A DNA stretch of 64,000 nt from Methanobacteriota archaeon (GTDB taxonomy: Archaea > Halobacteriota > Bog-38 > Methanoflorentales > Methanoflorentaceae). The stretch lies in the NCBI GenBank assembly GCA_963719035.1, contig CAVRAO010000008.1, forward strand, positions 352,001-416,000. Direction: 5' to 3'. The notes beneath the pieces were generated by a model, which was not told the DNA's origin, ran no database searches, and saw only the letters and a program-made list of their open reading frames with translations. The first letter of the stretch is position 1. Each line of letters opens with the position of its first letter. A program made the translations under genes and the position numbers. Shown here piece after piece: positions 23,919 through 34,890 of the stretch.

Positions 23919-24366
23919 ATAGCTGCACCCTTCTTGATATCTATAAGAGCTAACGGCATAGTTATCTTAGGTATAATTACCGCATTAAATCACATGTACA
24001 TTGAAAAGCTGATGTTTTTTGGACTTTTTTTAGATAAGCGTTTGAAATACCCGAGTAAAAACGGAATGGGGCCTCGCTGGAAGAGCTATGTTCGGCCAAC
24101 ATCCACCCAGTACGTGAATTATCCTCCTATGCAATGGGTAATTTAGCTTTTGACAAGACAGGTTAGTTCTTTTCTCTAATATCCAACCATATCTTTTGCG
24201 ATTATTTGCTCGCAACGTCATTCATATTCGCTTTAAAAAGTCTTGAAATCTGGCTTGATCACAAGCTATTACTCGTACCCAAGTCTAATCGCTCCTAGCA
24301 TGTGCAGGCTTCCAACGCGCAAAGTTCACACAGTGCACAGATTAAACACGTCCACAAGCGGATTAT

Positions 24367-25038
24367 ATGAACACCAAACACGCGGCTTTCACGAACGCGG
24401 TCATCTTTGACCTAGACGGCGTGCTCGTAGACAGTATGCCCGCCTATTGCGATGCGTGGAGGGCAGCCTTTGCAGCGCACCATATCGTCATCGACAGAAA
24501 CGAGGTTTACGAACGAGAAGGGGAACAAGGGATGACATCAGTCGTAGGAATTTTTGAAAACCACAGAGGGTACCAACCGTCGACGCGCGTTGCAGAGGAC
24601 ATATTGAACACCATGCACGCGACCTTCGCTGCGTCGTTCAAGCCGACGTTGTTCCCGTGCACCAAAGAACTGCTAACGGGCTTGACTACTAAGGGCACCG
24701 CTTTAGGGTTAGTCACCGGGTCAGAGAATCCTGAGCAGAAGTTTGCGCAGGAGCGCGCTGTGCTTGACATGTTTCACGCTGTTGTGACCGGACGCGATAC
24801 GAACAAAGGCAAACCGGCGCCTGAACCGTACGAGCTTGCCGTTCAACAACTTGGGCTGCCAGCGTCGCGCTGTTGTGCTGTCGAGAACGCCCCGTTAGGT
24901 ATACGATCTGCAAAGGCGGCCGGATTGTTTTGTTATGCGGTACGAAACACGTCACCGCTTCACGCGGCCACGCTGCTCCAGGCAGGGGCGGATATTATAT
25001 GCAGCAGCACGAAAGCGTTAATGAAAGTGCTCGTTTAG
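24367..25038 (+). CDS. HAD-family phosphatase (beta-PGM-like)
   Basis: DLDGVLVDS, GKPAPE and VENAPLG motifs. Confidence 0.9.
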   Translation: MNTKHAAFTNAVIFDLDGVLVDSMPAYCDAWRAAFAAHHIVIDRNEVYEREGEQGMTSVVGIFENHRGYQPSTRVAEDILNTMHATFAASFKPTLFPCTKELLTGLTTKGTALGLVTGSENPEQKFAQERAVLDMFHAVVTGRDTNKGKPAPEPYELAVQQLGLPASRCCAVENAPLGIRSAKAAGLFCYAVRNTSPLHAATLLQAGADIICSSTKALMKVLV

Positions 25039-25310
25039 CGAGGCTCCCGCGTGCTCCACCAGCTTACCTTTTCTCTGAAACAACGATTAGCGCATCGGGA
25101 TCCACAAGGCTACGCCCTCTACAAACCGTGCCTAATCGCTTAGAAACGCGGTCAAAATGGCGCATGGCCGCCTGTATCAGCCAAATGTCGCAAGTTGATC
25201 CGGAGTATTGGCGTCCATTCACTTTCACCTCTCTTCTGCCACATCCCTTATCCCTCTTTCCCTCATACCATTTTTCATGGACCCGATCATTGCGCAGATA
25301 CAGCAGGAGA

Positions 25311-26345
25311 TTATTCGCTCTTTCTTGCAAAGAGCTTCAGATACTCCCCGTAGCCCTCCTTCTCCAGGTCCTCCTTCGGGATGAACCGAAGCGCCGCCGA
25401 GTTCATGCAGTAACGCTGCCCCGTCGGCGCGGGCCCGTCGGGAAAAACGTGACCTAGATGCGAGTCCCCGTGCTTGCTTCTCACTTCGACCCTCACCGCG
25501 AAGAGCTTCCTCTCCTCTCTTGTCGTGACGTTCTCCGGCTCCAGGGGTTTCGTAAAGCTTGGCCATCCCGTCCCGGAGTCGTACTTGTCGAGCGAGCTGA
25601 AGAGCGGCTCTCCAGATACGAAGTCAACGTAAATCCCCTCCTTCTTGTTGTCATCGTATTCATTTTGGAAGGGCGGCTCCGTGCCTTCGTGCTGCGTTAC
25701 CTCGTATTGAAGCGGTGTGAGCATCTTTTTCAGGGTAGCGTCGTCGGGCTTGGAATAGGCTTTCTTTCCCCTGGGGTTGTCGCCGGGGTTGGTGCCCGTC
25801 TTCTTCTCCTTTCCCCAGGTCTTATCGAGGAACTGGTCCCGGCCGGAGCCTAACCGGTAGAGCTTATACCTTAAAGGGCTCTTCCTGTGGTAATCCTGGT
25901 GGTAGAACTCCGCCTCGTAGAACCTTGAGAATTGCACAATCTGGGTGACGATAGGCTTCGTGAACTGCCCGGATTGTTCAAGATCCGCCTTGGATTTCTC
26001 CGCGATGCGCTTCTGTTCCTTATCGTGGTAGAAAATCGCCGTGCGGTACTGAGGGCCCCGATCTGCAAACTGCCCGCCAGGATCCGTCGGATCGATATGC
26101 CGCCAGAAGATATCAAGGATCTGCTCATAACTCACCTTTGAAGGATCGTAGTAGACCTGTACGGCTTCATAGTGCCCCGTCTTACCCGTTGAGACTTCCT
26201 CGTAAGTGGGGTTTTCCTTCTGACCGCCGGTATAGCCCGATATTACTTTTACAACGCCGGATGCATTTTCATAATCGGACGCTATACACCAGAAACAGCC
26301 GCCCGCGAGGGTTGCGACCTTAAAATTTGTCTGCTCTTCTTTCAT
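25311..26345 (-). CDS. msrAB: Bifunctional peptide methionine sulfoxide reductase MsrA/MsrB
   Basis: GCFWC (MsrA); HLGHVF and RYCMNS (MsrB). Confidence 0.97.
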   Translation of the reverse strand: MKEEQTNFKVATLAGGCFWCIASDYENASGVVKVISGYTGGQKENPTYEEVSTGKTGHYEAVQVYYDPSKVSYEQILDIFWRHIDPTDPGGQFADRGPQYRTAIFYHDKEQKRIAEKSKADLEQSGQFTKPIVTQIVQFSRFYEAEFYHQDYHRKSPLRYKLYRLGSGRDQFLDKTWGKEKKTGTNPGDNPRGKKAYSKPDDATLKKMLTPLQYEVTQHEGTEPPFQNEYDDNKKEGIYVDFVSGEPLFSSLDKYDSGTGWPSFTKPLEPENVTTREERKLFAVRVEVRSKHGDSHLGHVFPDGPAPTGQRYCMNSAALRFIPKEDLEKEGYGEYLKLFARKSE

Positions 26346-26548
26346 AGGATGTTCACCTCTTGTTTTTTGCCTCTGCTGACACCCGCTCAGCGCTCACCTT
26401 CTTTTGGGTCAGAGGGCCCTCGCCGACTCCGGTCGCGTCAAGTGCATAGACTATGCCGGCTTGCTTGCCTATTGCCTCAGCTCTCGAGTGCGGTGACCGT
26501 TGAGTTTGGCAAGCATCTCGGCGCTTGCCTGTAGGGGGTTCCTTTTTC

Positions 26549-26974
26549 TCACGGCAACTGGAGATTGTCATTTTCATCCAGCTCCCAGAACGGGTTATAG
26601 GCTACTTCAATGATATGGCCATCGGGATCTTTAAAATAGCCATAATAACCGCCCCAGAATGCTTTTTGGGCAGGGCGCAGGATCGTTGCCCCAAGTTTTT
26701 TAACTTTTTCCAGAACCTCCTCAACCTCCTTTTCAGAAAGGGCATTATATGATAACGTGATGCCCGAAAAGCCGGTTTCGGCGTCTTCTACCAATGCATC
26801 TTCGGCTAATAAGTGCCGAGGATAGAGTGCCAGCACGATGCCGCCCAGAGGAAACAATATAAGGTTCTCCGTGCTTGCTGAAGATCGTTTCCAGCCAAGG
26901 CCTTCTTCATAGAAATCCAAGGCCTTCTTCATGTCGGCAACACCGAAGGTTATCATATTCAGTTTTTGTCTCAT
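26549..26974 (-). CDS. VOC/glyoxalase family protein
   Basis: ITFGVADM...FWGGYYGYFKDPDGHIIEVAYNP. Confidence 0.92.
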   Translation of the reverse strand: MRQKLNMITFGVADMKKALDFYEEGLGWKRSSASTENLILFPLGGIVLALYPRHLLAEDALVEDAETGFSGITLSYNALSEKEVEEVLEKVKKLGATILRPAQKAFWGGYYGYFKDPDGHIIEVAYNPFWELDENDNLQLP

Positions 26975-27084
26975 AGGGCTCTGTTTTTTTTTGCAATAAT
27001 AATGGCTCTTTAAACCACACACAATTAGTGAAAAATGCTGATATATGTGACGATTACGTAAACCGGATAACAACCTACTCGTGA

Positions 27085-27109
27085 TCGTCTATATCAGGCG
27101 AGGGGTCAC
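27085..27109 (+). repeat. tRNA-Val anticodon-arm-like motif (putative att-like site)
   Basis: TCGTC-TATATCA-GGCGA-GGGGTCAC; near-identical to 32161 and 29730. Confidence 0.6.
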
Positions 27110-27154
27110 TCACATATGGTGCATGCCCGCAGGAGGGAATGCTCGTAACCTGTC

Positions 27155-29518
27155 CTACTGGCGCGCCATGGCAATCTTCATGTCAGCTTCCTTATCCGGG
27201 ATCAGCTCGCCTGACAGATCCAGCGTGACGCGCTTAATGGTTCCTGTGAAGCAGAATGGTTCTCTGTATTCCTCCGGCGCCGCGGGCTCGCCGCCGTCAT
27301 AACCGCAGGACAGGCCTTGCGTCCCAAACATGATCGGAACCGAGTGGGGCATGTCGATGCTGGCAACCAGCTTACGGTTGATGTAGAGCTGGCCGCGTGC
27401 CGGCACCCCTTTCCCCTGGGCAATGTCGGGCTTGCCGGTCGGCTCGAACTCGTAGCGCAGCTCGACGTCGCCCTCCGGGACCGGCTCGCTGGACGTGAGC
27501 CAGAACCTGTCGCGGCCGAGCCAGTTGTACAGGAAGTACAGTTTGTGGTTCTTGACAAAGAAGGTGTAGCCGCCGGTGCGGCCTCCCTGGGCCAGCAACA
27601 CCCCCTCTGCGCCGCCCGGCGGGATCACGACCTCGGCCGTGATGCTCCATGGTCGGTTGTACAGCTTGGGCGTGGCGGTAAAGGGGATCGACGAGCCGCC
27701 GGGGTAAAGGACGATCTTGTCTCTCGGCTTGGCGATCGTTGGGCGTTCCACATTGAGACGGCTGAGGACGTCGCCGTCGATGGGAAGCACGTTGTACTTG
27801 CCCGCTTCGGCCCACCAGCGGCCGATCATTTCGATCAGCTTGTCGCGGTGCTCGGCGGCTAGGTTGTGGCATTCAGAGGGGTCCTCGTCGACGTGGTACA
27901 GCTCCCAGTCATGGGTCTCGATATCCACGAGCACCTGGTTAGGAATGGGGGAACCGAACTGACGGCCCTTCTTGGCGGCCTCGGTGAAGCTCGGGCCCGG
28001 CCACGGGCAGACCGCCCGCCAGCCGTCGTGATAGATCGCGCGGTGCCCGAACATCTCGAAGTACTGGGTGTGGTGATTGCTGGGCGCGGCCGCCTCGTTG
28101 AAGGTATGGGCAAAGCTCACCCCGTCAATGGGTGCCTGATGCACGCCGCGGATGCCCTCCGCCTCCTCGGTGCCAAGGGCTTCCAAAACCGTCGGGACGA
28201 AGTCGATGACGTGCGCGTACTGAGTCCTCAGCTCTCCGCGGGCTTGGAAGCCCTTGGGCCAGGACACGATGCACGGGTCGGCGGTGCCACCCCGGTAAGT
28301 CTCTCGCTTCCAGCGGCGGAACGGTGCGTTGCCGGCATTGGTCCAGCCCCAGGGGTAGTGGTTGCAGGACTCGACGCCGCCCAGCTTGTCGAGCATCTTC
28401 AGGTTGTCTTCCAGCGTTTCCGGCGCATTGTTGAAGAAGAACATCTCGTTAAGCGAGCCCACTGGCCCACCTTCGGAGCTGGCGCCGTTGTCGGAGATGA
28501 CGATGATCAGCGTGTTGTCCAGCTGGCCGATCTCTTCGAGGAACGTGAGAATGCGCCCAAAATGATGATCGGTGAAGCTCACGAATCCAGCGTAGACCTC
28601 CATGAACCGGGCATAGAGCCGCTTGGCATCGGCGGGCAGCGTGTCCCAAGCGGGCACGTCAGGGTCATGCGGCGACAGCTCGGTGCCTTTGGGGATGATG
28701 CCCATCTCGAGCTGGCGCTGGTGGACGATCTTGCGGTACTCATCCCAGCCCATGTCGAACGCGCCCTTGTACTTGTCCGCCCACTCCTTGAACACGTGGT
28801 GAGGCGCGTGGCCGGCGCCCGTTGCGTAATACAGGAAGAAGGGCTTTTCCGGCGCGTTGACGTGCGCATCTTGGATAAACTCGATAGCCTTGTCGGAAAG
28901 GTCGATGCTCAGGTGATAACCCTCCTCTGGTGACGTGGGCTGCTCGACCTCGTGGTTGTCATAGACCAGCTCCGGGTACCACTGGTTGGTCTCGCCGCCC
29001 ATAAAACCGTAGAAACGCTCGAAACCGCGCCCCAAAGGCCAGCGGTCGTAGGGACCGGCTGCTGTAAGGTGTTCGGGGGGTGTCAGGTGCCACTTCCCGA
29101 CGCAGAAGGTATTGTAGCCCTTCTGGAGCAGCATCTCGCTGAGCATGCCCTTGTCAAAGGGCAGGATGCCGTTGTAGCCCGGGTACCCTGTGGAGGTCTC
29201 AGTAATCGACGCCAGCCCGATCGAGTGGTGGTTACGCCCGGTTAATATGCAACCGCGCGAGGGCGAGCACAAGGCCGTGGTGTGCACGTTGGTGTAGCGC
29301 AGGCCGTTCGCGGCCAAGCTGTCCAGCACGGGCGTCTCGACCAGCCCGCCGAAGCAGGACAACTGTCCGAAGCCAACGTCGTCCAACACGAAGAAAAGCA
29401 CATTGGGCGCACCCTCCGGGGGGCGCGGCGGCTCAGGCCAGGCCGGCGAGGACTCTTCTGTGGTGCGTCCGATGACGCCAGTAAACGGGGTCCCATCTTT
29501 GTAAGTCTTGATTGCCAT
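27155..29518 (-). CDS. Arylsulfatase (Cys-type formylglycine sulfatase)
   Basis: LDDVGF, CSPSR and GKWHL motifs; AAGGAG RBS before ATG 29518. Confidence 0.95.
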   Translation of the reverse strand: MAIKTYKDGTPFTGVIGRTTEESSPAWPEPPRPPEGAPNVLFFVLDDVGFGQLSCFGGLVETPVLDSLAANGLRYTNVHTTALCSPSRGCILTGRNHHSIGLASITETSTGYPGYNGILPFDKGMLSEMLLQKGYNTFCVGKWHLTPPEHLTAAGPYDRWPLGRGFERFYGFMGGETNQWYPELVYDNHEVEQPTSPEEGYHLSIDLSDKAIEFIQDAHVNAPEKPFFLYYATGAGHAPHHVFKEWADKYKGAFDMGWDEYRKIVHQRQLEMGIIPKGTELSPHDPDVPAWDTLPADAKRLYARFMEVYAGFVSFTDHHFGRILTFLEEIGQLDNTLIIVISDNGASSEGGPVGSLNEMFFFNNAPETLEDNLKMLDKLGGVESCNHYPWGWTNAGNAPFRRWKRETYRGGTADPCIVSWPKGFQARGELRTQYAHVIDFVPTVLEALGTEEAEGIRGVHQAPIDGVSFAHTFNEAAAPSNHHTQYFEMFGHRAIYHDGWRAVCPWPGPSFTEAAKKGRQFGSPIPNQVLVDIETHDWELYHVDEDPSECHNLAAEHRDKLIEMIGRWWAEAGKYNVLPIDGDVLSRLNVERPTIAKPRDKIVLYPGGSSIPFTATPKLYNRPWSITAEVVIPPGGAEGVLLAQGGRTGGYTFFVKNHKLYFLYNWLGRDRFWLTSSEPVPEGDVELRYEFEPTGKPDIAQGKGVPARGQLYINRKLVASIDMPHSVPIMFGTQGLSCGYDGGEPAAPEEYREPFCFTGTIKRVTLDLSGELIPDKEADMKIAMARQ

Positions 29519-29709
29519 GATCTGTCTCCTTTCGATCAAGTATTCAACGGTTGTGTTCGACTTTAAATTATCGCCATCAGATTACTGCGCTGCGCGCCTT
29601 CATTCTTAAAGAGCATGCGCTGATCGCACCCTCTTACGCAAACTACATCGTTGTCGCTAATCTACAGGTTTTGCGAGTCTGATGTCTCGCCAATAACGCA
29701 TTCTAGATA

Positions 29710-29751
29710 TCGCCATAGCGAGGTGGAGGTCGCCTGTATCAGGCGGAGGTT
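29710..29751 (+). repeat. Two tandem copies of the tRNA-Val-like motif
   Basis: TCGCC-ATAGCGA-GGTGG-AGG followed by TCGCC-TGTATCA-GGCGG-AGGTT (20-bp period). Confidence 0.6.
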
Positions 29752-29869
29752 AACTCGTTGTGAACTCCAGCTAGGGAAGTGCGAGCAGTAGCCCGTTTGA
29801 TTTAGAGAGACCGGCTGTATAATGGTATCAACAGATTTACTCTGAATAGGTTGTAATTTACGTAGCTAT

Positions 29870-30095
29870 ATGGAAACGATCGTCGCTTTGTATTCTCCCA
29901 CAAACCCGCCGTGCTTAGTATAATAAATGACGCCGTATGCGCGCTTCAAGGAGACATACCACTCGCTGAGTGGAAAGAGCCTTACCAGTCAGCAGAAGAA
30001 CTCGACAAGGAGCAAGCGGATGGCGTTCAGTTTTACGGATTGACTAAAAGAAGGCACGTGATGGGTGTCGCAGGTATCCAGCACGTGGTATGCCA
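29870..30095 (+). pseudogene. GNAT acetyltransferase 5' remnant
   Basis: IINDA...GDIP..WKEPY.S.EEL..E..DGVQFYG...GVAGIQ; truncated. Confidence 0.75.
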
Positions 30096-30183
30096 CGCTA
30101 CTCCCTCAAAACGTCAGTTTAGAGCGGTACAAGCGGCGCATTTAAGGGCGCGTATGATAACGTTGGCATAGTCAAAAAGCAAG

Positions 30184-30531
30184 GTGAATCCAATGGAAGA
30201 GAAAACTCAATTTATCACGTCTGTTGCAATCCTCTCGCGAAGGTTGAAGGAAGGCATGACCTACGAGGACTTCCGCAAGGCCTGGTACCATACTACTGGT
30301 TTTGGAGTGGAGGGCAAGGAAAACGAAGGCAGTAACCGCATGCTCACGTTAGTCAATGTGTTCGATCCGAGTGAGATCATCGTCCTAGGTTTTGCCACCA
30401 CTACCCTCGAACAGCTTAAGGATGCCCTTAACATCGATGTAGATTTCCGAGGAGAGAACCCTCTGGATGAGGTCATAGAACCCGAAATAGATAGAAAATT
30501 CGCCCTCCTTATTTCGGAGGATGATTTTTGA
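30184..30531 (+). CDS. Conserved hypothetical protein
   Basis: RRLKEGMTYEDFRKAWYHTTGFG; protein-like composition. Confidence 0.7.
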   Translation: MNPMEEKTQFITSVAILSRRLKEGMTYEDFRKAWYHTTGFGVEGKENEGSNRMLTLVNVFDPSEIIVLGFATTTLEQLKDALNIDVDFRGENPLDEVIEPEIDRKFALLISEDDF

Positions 30532-30790
30532 GCAGTGGGACAAATATCATACAAACCACCCAGCATCGAGGGAAAGACAACAAATCTAGCACGATTCTAC
30601 AAGAATTTACAGGCTGTAAAAAAGCTTTATATGGATGCTGGAAAAAGACGTGATGAAAAACTGCAGCACGGGCGAAGATGAAGAAACCTGCATAATCCAA
30701 AAAATTCAGGCAAGAGTTGCAGATGAACTCTCGCCGAATCGCGCGCGGTTAATCACAACAATTACGTGCTCAGCACGAACCTCAGCATCA

Positions 30791-30845
30791 TTATGGTAGC
30801 CGCTGAACATTGAGGAGATTACCGGTCCGAATCCGGTCGAGCCCA
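30791..30845 (+). pseudogene. Decayed tRNA 3' portion (Val-like); attR-type remnant
   Basis: AGATT-ACCGG-TCCGAAT-CCGGT-CGAGCCC-A gives a perfect T-stem, a near-canonical T-loop and an acceptor 3' strand. No matching 5' GGGCTCG strand. Confidence 0.75.
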
Positions 30846-30956
30846 TCGTTCTTTTGCGAATCAACGATACCGGAGCCAGCCCCAACCTGCGAAAAAGCAA
30901 TGTCTTATCAATTCACCGTAAATCGAACAGACAAATAAACGTCGTGGAGACAGCCT

Positions 30957-31946
30957 ATGCCGATGACACCTTTTGCTATCATGTCCCTGGTATCAAAATT
31001 CCAGGAATCGAGAATATTCCTGACAGCTGCCGAAATGGATGTCTTTTCGCTGCTGGCAAAAAAACCGATGTCGGCCCAGGAAATAGCGGATACATTAGAA
31101 GCTACTGTGCGGGGCGTCACCATATTGCTTGATGCTGTCGTGAGCATGGGGTTACTCGAGAAAAAGGAAGAGAAGTACCATTGTCCGGCCGACGTAGCCT
31201 CCATAATGTCAAAGGAGTCACCAACTTCGATAATGCCCATGATCTTGGTGGCTACGGGAGGATGGAAAAGGTGGTCGTATTTGACGGATATTGTGCGCCT
31301 TGGAAAAGACAGGATCAGAGGAACAGCGTTTGACTTCAATGAAAGCGAACAGGAGGCTTTTACCGGTGCCATGCATGCCATCGCCAATGAGCTGGCTCCC
31401 CGGATAGTGGCCGCCATAAAACCAGGCGTGGCTAGGAAACTACTCGACATCGGCGGTGGTTCCGGCGCATATACACAAGCCTTTCTCGAAGCCTCGCCCG
31501 GCCTGACCGCCACAATCTTTGATCTGCCGCTGGTCATTAACACGGCCCAACGGCGTCTGGCCACTACAGGTCTGCTCGACCGAATCCAATTTATTGCCGG
31601 TGATTTTTATAAGGATAAACTTCCAACAGGACACGATTTGGCATTGCTTTCGGCTATTATTCATCAAAACAGCCCGGAAAAAAATGTTGAACTGTACCGG
31701 AAGATATTCAGGGCCCTTCAGCCAGAAGGACGACTGGTTATCCGTGACCATATAATGAGTTCGGATCACACCCAGCCGACCAGTGGGGCCCTTTTTGCCG
31801 TGAATATGCTTGTTGGCACTGCAGGAGGCCGGACCTATTCTTTTGAAGAAATTAAGTCATCACTCGAATCGGCTGGTTTTATCAAGGTCAATCTGATACA
31901 GCCTGATGAACGAATGACGGGGTTGGTGGAGGGGTTTAAACCTTAA
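30957..31946 (+). CDS. SAM-dependent O-methyltransferase (Methyltransf_2 with dimerisation domain)
   Basis: LDIGGGSG, FDLP and AGDF motifs. Confidence 0.92.
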   Translation: MPMTPFAIMSLVSKFQESRIFLTAAEMDVFSLLAKKPMSAQEIADTLEATVRGVTILLDAVVSMGLLEKKEEKYHCPADVASIMSKESPTSIMPMILVATGGWKRWSYLTDIVRLGKDRIRGTAFDFNESEQEAFTGAMHAIANELAPRIVAAIKPGVARKLLDIGGGSGAYTQAFLEASPGLTATIFDLPLVINTAQRRLATTGLLDRIQFIAGDFYKDKLPTGHDLALLSAIIHQNSPEKNVELYRKIFRALQPEGRLVIRDHIMSSDHTQPTSGALFAVNMLVGTAGGRTYSFEEIKSSLESAGFIKVNLIQPDERMTGLVEGFKP

Positions 31947-32092
31947 TAGGGATCACAACTTGCAGGTTTGCCCACTCGAATGTATCAAACCGGACAAGAA
32001 GCGCATTGGCCTTTCTTGTTGTTGTTTCATCTGCGTGCACTACGGCCACAGAAAAAAGTGCTGAGAGAAATCAGAAAACGCCACCCTAAGCG

Positions 32093-32180
32093 CGAATCCT
32101 CGTCTTCACACGTCGAAATTAGTCTTATTTGACCACGAATCACCTTGTCTGATCAAGTGTTCGTCTATATCAGGCGGAGA
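32093..32180 (+). repeat. Two tRNA-Val-like motifs (32100 and 32161)
   Basis: CGAATCC-TCGTC-TTCACAC-GTCGAAA (matches ~46494-46520) and TCGTC-TATATCA-GGCGG-AGA. Confidence 0.65.
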
Positions 32181-32340
32181 CTCGATCCGCAAAAAGCTAG
32201 AGAGAGTTAGCTCAAAAACCAGTTGTTAATGAAAAACTGATGGAAAAACAACATCCTCGTCAAATAACAGGGTCAGAAACCCCGAACAACAATGCGGCCG
32301 ATCCATCCTTCAAGAAAAAACTCGATTAAAACAAGTGAGG

Positions 32341-32628
32341 CTATTCGACTTGCCCTAAGGTTGTTACTTCCTTAGGAACTACAACGACCTCGGCGACCGC
32401 ACAGTTGCGCTTTATCTCCTTGATTTCAATCTTAACTGAGTCGTTGATCTTTGTGTTTGGAACAAAGACCACAAGCCCGCTAATGCGCGCAATGCCGTCT
32501 CCTTGTCTAGCAGTATCTTCAATTTTTACGTCGTGTTTTTCGCCAACGTTCACTGGAGAGTCATTTGACGCTCCTGTGTCGTAACTTCCAAAACTACTGC
32601 CGAAACTACTGTTATTCGATTTATACAC
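32341..32628 (-). CDS. Stand-alone TRAM-domain RNA-binding protein
   Basis: PVNVGE..DVKIED..RQGDGIARISGLVVFVP. Confidence 0.92.
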   Translation of the reverse strand: MYKSNNSSFGSSFGSYDTGASNDSPVNVGEKHDVKIEDTARQGDGIARISGLVVFVPNTKINDSVKIEIKEIKRNCAVAEVVVVPKEVTTLGQVE

Positions 32629-33126
32629 GTTTCACCTCCTTTTCTTACTGTACAACCATACGTGTGGACCACATATAGTCTTATGCTACGTTGCTAAACA
32701 GCCCAATTTGGCGAAATTAGGCATTTTTTGCCGTTTTTTAAAAAAACGGCCTTTTTCGAAGTGTTGAAATAGTATTAGTGAGACAGTACGTTGTTCGATC
32801 AGGGCCTTAAGGCAGTTATGCCGCTTCACTACTATAGCATGGAAACCGGGTTGTTTATTTCTGATCCGGTATAACGTCTTGGGGCTCTGACCAATGTATC
32901 AACTGGGCATTGAGTGGTGTTTTTCATTTGTAAGTCTATCTGTGTCGCGTGCGGCTAATCACCACTATTAAGGGAGCGGCACCGACTGCGTCCACTATTA
33001 TGGTAGCAAGTTCTTAAGTTAAGAGATCGCAATCCCGAACTGGCTAAGGTAGTCTTGATAACTTCCTTCTTTTTCGACGTATCAAACGTGCGCAGCTATA
33101 AGCGATCACCCGCCGTTGTACCTTTG

Positions 33127-33429
33127 ATGAAAGAGAGAACAAAAACAGAACAAGACGAGACAAGCGGCGTCGCTGTCAGTACGAAGAATGTAACTAGTAA
33201 GAAAACTGAAATCGGCAACACAGAACAGACGGCCAACATGCTCAAAGATGAGATTAAAGCGCTTGACGGTGAGCAACGCGCAGCAGTCATACTAGAGGCT
33301 AGCTTGAAACATGGGGAGACAAAGCGCATCTTAGAGCTAGCAGACACGACGCTTCAGCAGCTAGATGCCACTATCGCGGATAGTTATGCTCAGTTTCGAC
33401 GCACAACGGGTTTGACTGCGTTAGATTAG
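33127..33429 (+). CDS. Hypothetical protein
   Basis: Open frame followed by a hairpin and T-tract. Confidence 0.5.
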   Translation: MKERTKTEQDETSGVAVSTKNVTSKKTEIGNTEQTANMLKDEIKALDGEQRAAVILEASLKHGETKRILELADTTLQQLDATIADSYAQFRRTTGLTALD

Positions 33430-33441
33430 AAAAGACGCCGC

Positions 33442-33482
33442 AGCCGGTTCGAAAAATTTAGGTCGGCTCTTTTTTTCTTTTT
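33442..33482 (+). terminator. Hairpin plus long T-tract
   Basis: AGCCG...CGGCT stem followed by a long T-rich tract. Confidence 0.55.
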
Positions 33483-33497
33483 CCTACAGGTCGCTAA

Positions 33498-33524
33498 TAA
33501 GCGTTTGTGGAGAGACGTGCGCAG
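33498..33524 (+). repeat. 27-bp direct repeat, copy 1
   Basis: TAAGCGTTTGTGGAGAGACGTGCGCAG; 26/27 identical to 44174-44200. Confidence 0.9.
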
Positions 33525-33635
33525 AGGATAAGGCATAAAAGAGCCCCTTTAGCTATTTCTCGGAAGAAGATGTAGCAGCTTAATAATAGTAGCGCACCCA
33601 TCATCGCATTATCAACGTGCGGAGGTCGGTAAAAT

Positions 33636-33842
33636 ATGGGCGGAATAGACAGAGATGACTTAAAAAAGGTATTGGAAGCGTTGAGCAAGAAGAACGCGCT
33701 GCACGATGGCGATATCATCGAGGTCATTAAAGAAGGCGAACAAGACCCAACCAGGGTTGCGATTTCTGTAATTGATGATGAAGCGAAGTGTAACCAATGC
33801 GGGCCGCCGACGCCGCGCAAAAATAAGCAGCAAACCCATTGA
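33636..33842 (+). CDS. Small hypothetical protein
   Basis: GGAGGT RBS; 68 aa with one CxxC. Confidence 0.55.
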   Translation: MGGIDRDDLKKVLEALSKKNALHDGDIIEVIKEGEQDPTRVAISVIDDEAKCNQCGPPTPRKNKQQTH

Positions 33843-33956
33843 GCCGCCGCACGATAAGCGCACGTGTTAGTCCTGTACGGCGCCAAATGTATAAAGTGCA
33901 GCGCATACAATAACGGTTTTGCTATTCGCTTAGCCATCGGTTAGGAGGCGCTGATT

Positions 33957-34100
33957 ATGGCGACGATGATACCGCAATGTTATTTCTGTAAGCTCCACGA
34001 GAAAGGTATAAAATGTGCTAAATATGACCAAATCGCCCCCGAAATATTGGTTAACCTAATGAAGTGCACATTTAAGGAAGATACCGACCCGGAGGAGTAA
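33957..34100 (+). CDS. Small Cys4 protein (47 aa)
   Basis: AGGAGG RBS; MATMIPQCYFCKLHEKGIKCAKYDQIAPEILVNLMKCTFKEDTDPEE. Confidence 0.75.
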   Translation: MATMIPQCYFCKLHEKGIKCAKYDQIAPEILVNLMKCTFKEDTDPEE

Positions 34101-34179
34101 ACGATGACGATAATAGAGAGCGTAGTAAAATATGGCTTTTATACCCCCCTCAGATACATGTGCGTTCTTAAATAAGAGA

Positions 34180-34456
34180 TGGGCAATTGTGCAAAAATTG
34201 CGGCGCACCTATCGGTCTCGATTCAGTGCATTGCAAAGAATGTAGTCAAATGATCTCGCAAAGCGCGCCCTGTGGTGAAGGTGTGCAAAGCGATAAAGAA
34301 GCTGACGATCGCGTTTTTTTCCCATTTGTAATAAATGCGTTCACTATCATTGTAAGCTGAGTGGGAATGTAACCTGCGATACATACTTGCACCGCATATC
34401 ACCGGAGATACTAAACGGCGACAAAATGCGACCAATGGAGAGGTGAAGAAGGCTGA
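34180..34456 (+). pseudogene. Decayed zinc-ribbon fragment plus Cys4-family copy
   Basis: CKNCGAPIGLDSVHCKEC, then in another frame PICNKCVHYH..TCD..ISPEILNGD/CDQWRGEEG. Confidence 0.6.
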
Positions 34457-34590
34457 GAAACCCGCCCCATTTTGACAACGGAGGCTTTTAGCGCCTACCA
34501 ACGCTAACGTTAATTAATTAAGCGCATATAACTTTGTGGCTTTGCATCCGAAAAACGGTGCTGTGCACCTTTATAATGAGGTACCTGGAC

Positions 34591-34890
34591 ATGACCACCA
34601 CCACGATCACCGCCTCGAACCAGTATCCGGCCGTCGACTCCGCAGCGACCTTCACTGTCACCCTGAGGGAGGGCGCCGCCGGGCTGTCAAAGCCGGTCAG
34701 GATCTGGCATATCCTGCCTAACGGAGAACTACACGAGAACGGAACACACGACACCGGCGTAGGCGGGATCTACACGTTCACTCATAAGTATGCTTCCGCA
34801 GGCCAACGCGTCTATTACGCCGAGTTTGCCGGCGACGGTATGTATGCTCCCTCGCGCGGTTCCGTGACTGTGAACGTTGGCTCAAGGTAG
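34591..34890 (+). CDS. Single Ig-like domain protein
   Basis: GAGGT RBS; TTITAS...FTVTL...YYAEFAGD..YAPS resembles the modules of 3195-5459. Confidence 0.7.
   Translation: MTTTTITASNQYPAVDSAATFTVTLREGAAGLSKPVRIWHILPNGELHENGTHDTGVGGIYTFTHKYASAGQRVYYAEFAGDGMYAPSRGSVTVNVGSR

Noticed and set aside
30770-30845. Intact tRNA gene
   Set aside because: There is no 5' acceptor strand complementary to CGAGCCC, and the D and anticodon arms do not pair. Kept only as a fragment; the same applies to 46494-46547.
32730-32750. Perfect palindrome GCCGTTTTTT-A-AAAAAACGGC
   Set aside because: Low complexity, single copy, probably a terminator-like hairpin; no further support.
33443-33453. GCCGGTTCGAA as another tRNA T-arm fragment
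   Set aside because: It lacks the 3' T-stem and is better explained as part of a terminator hairpin.
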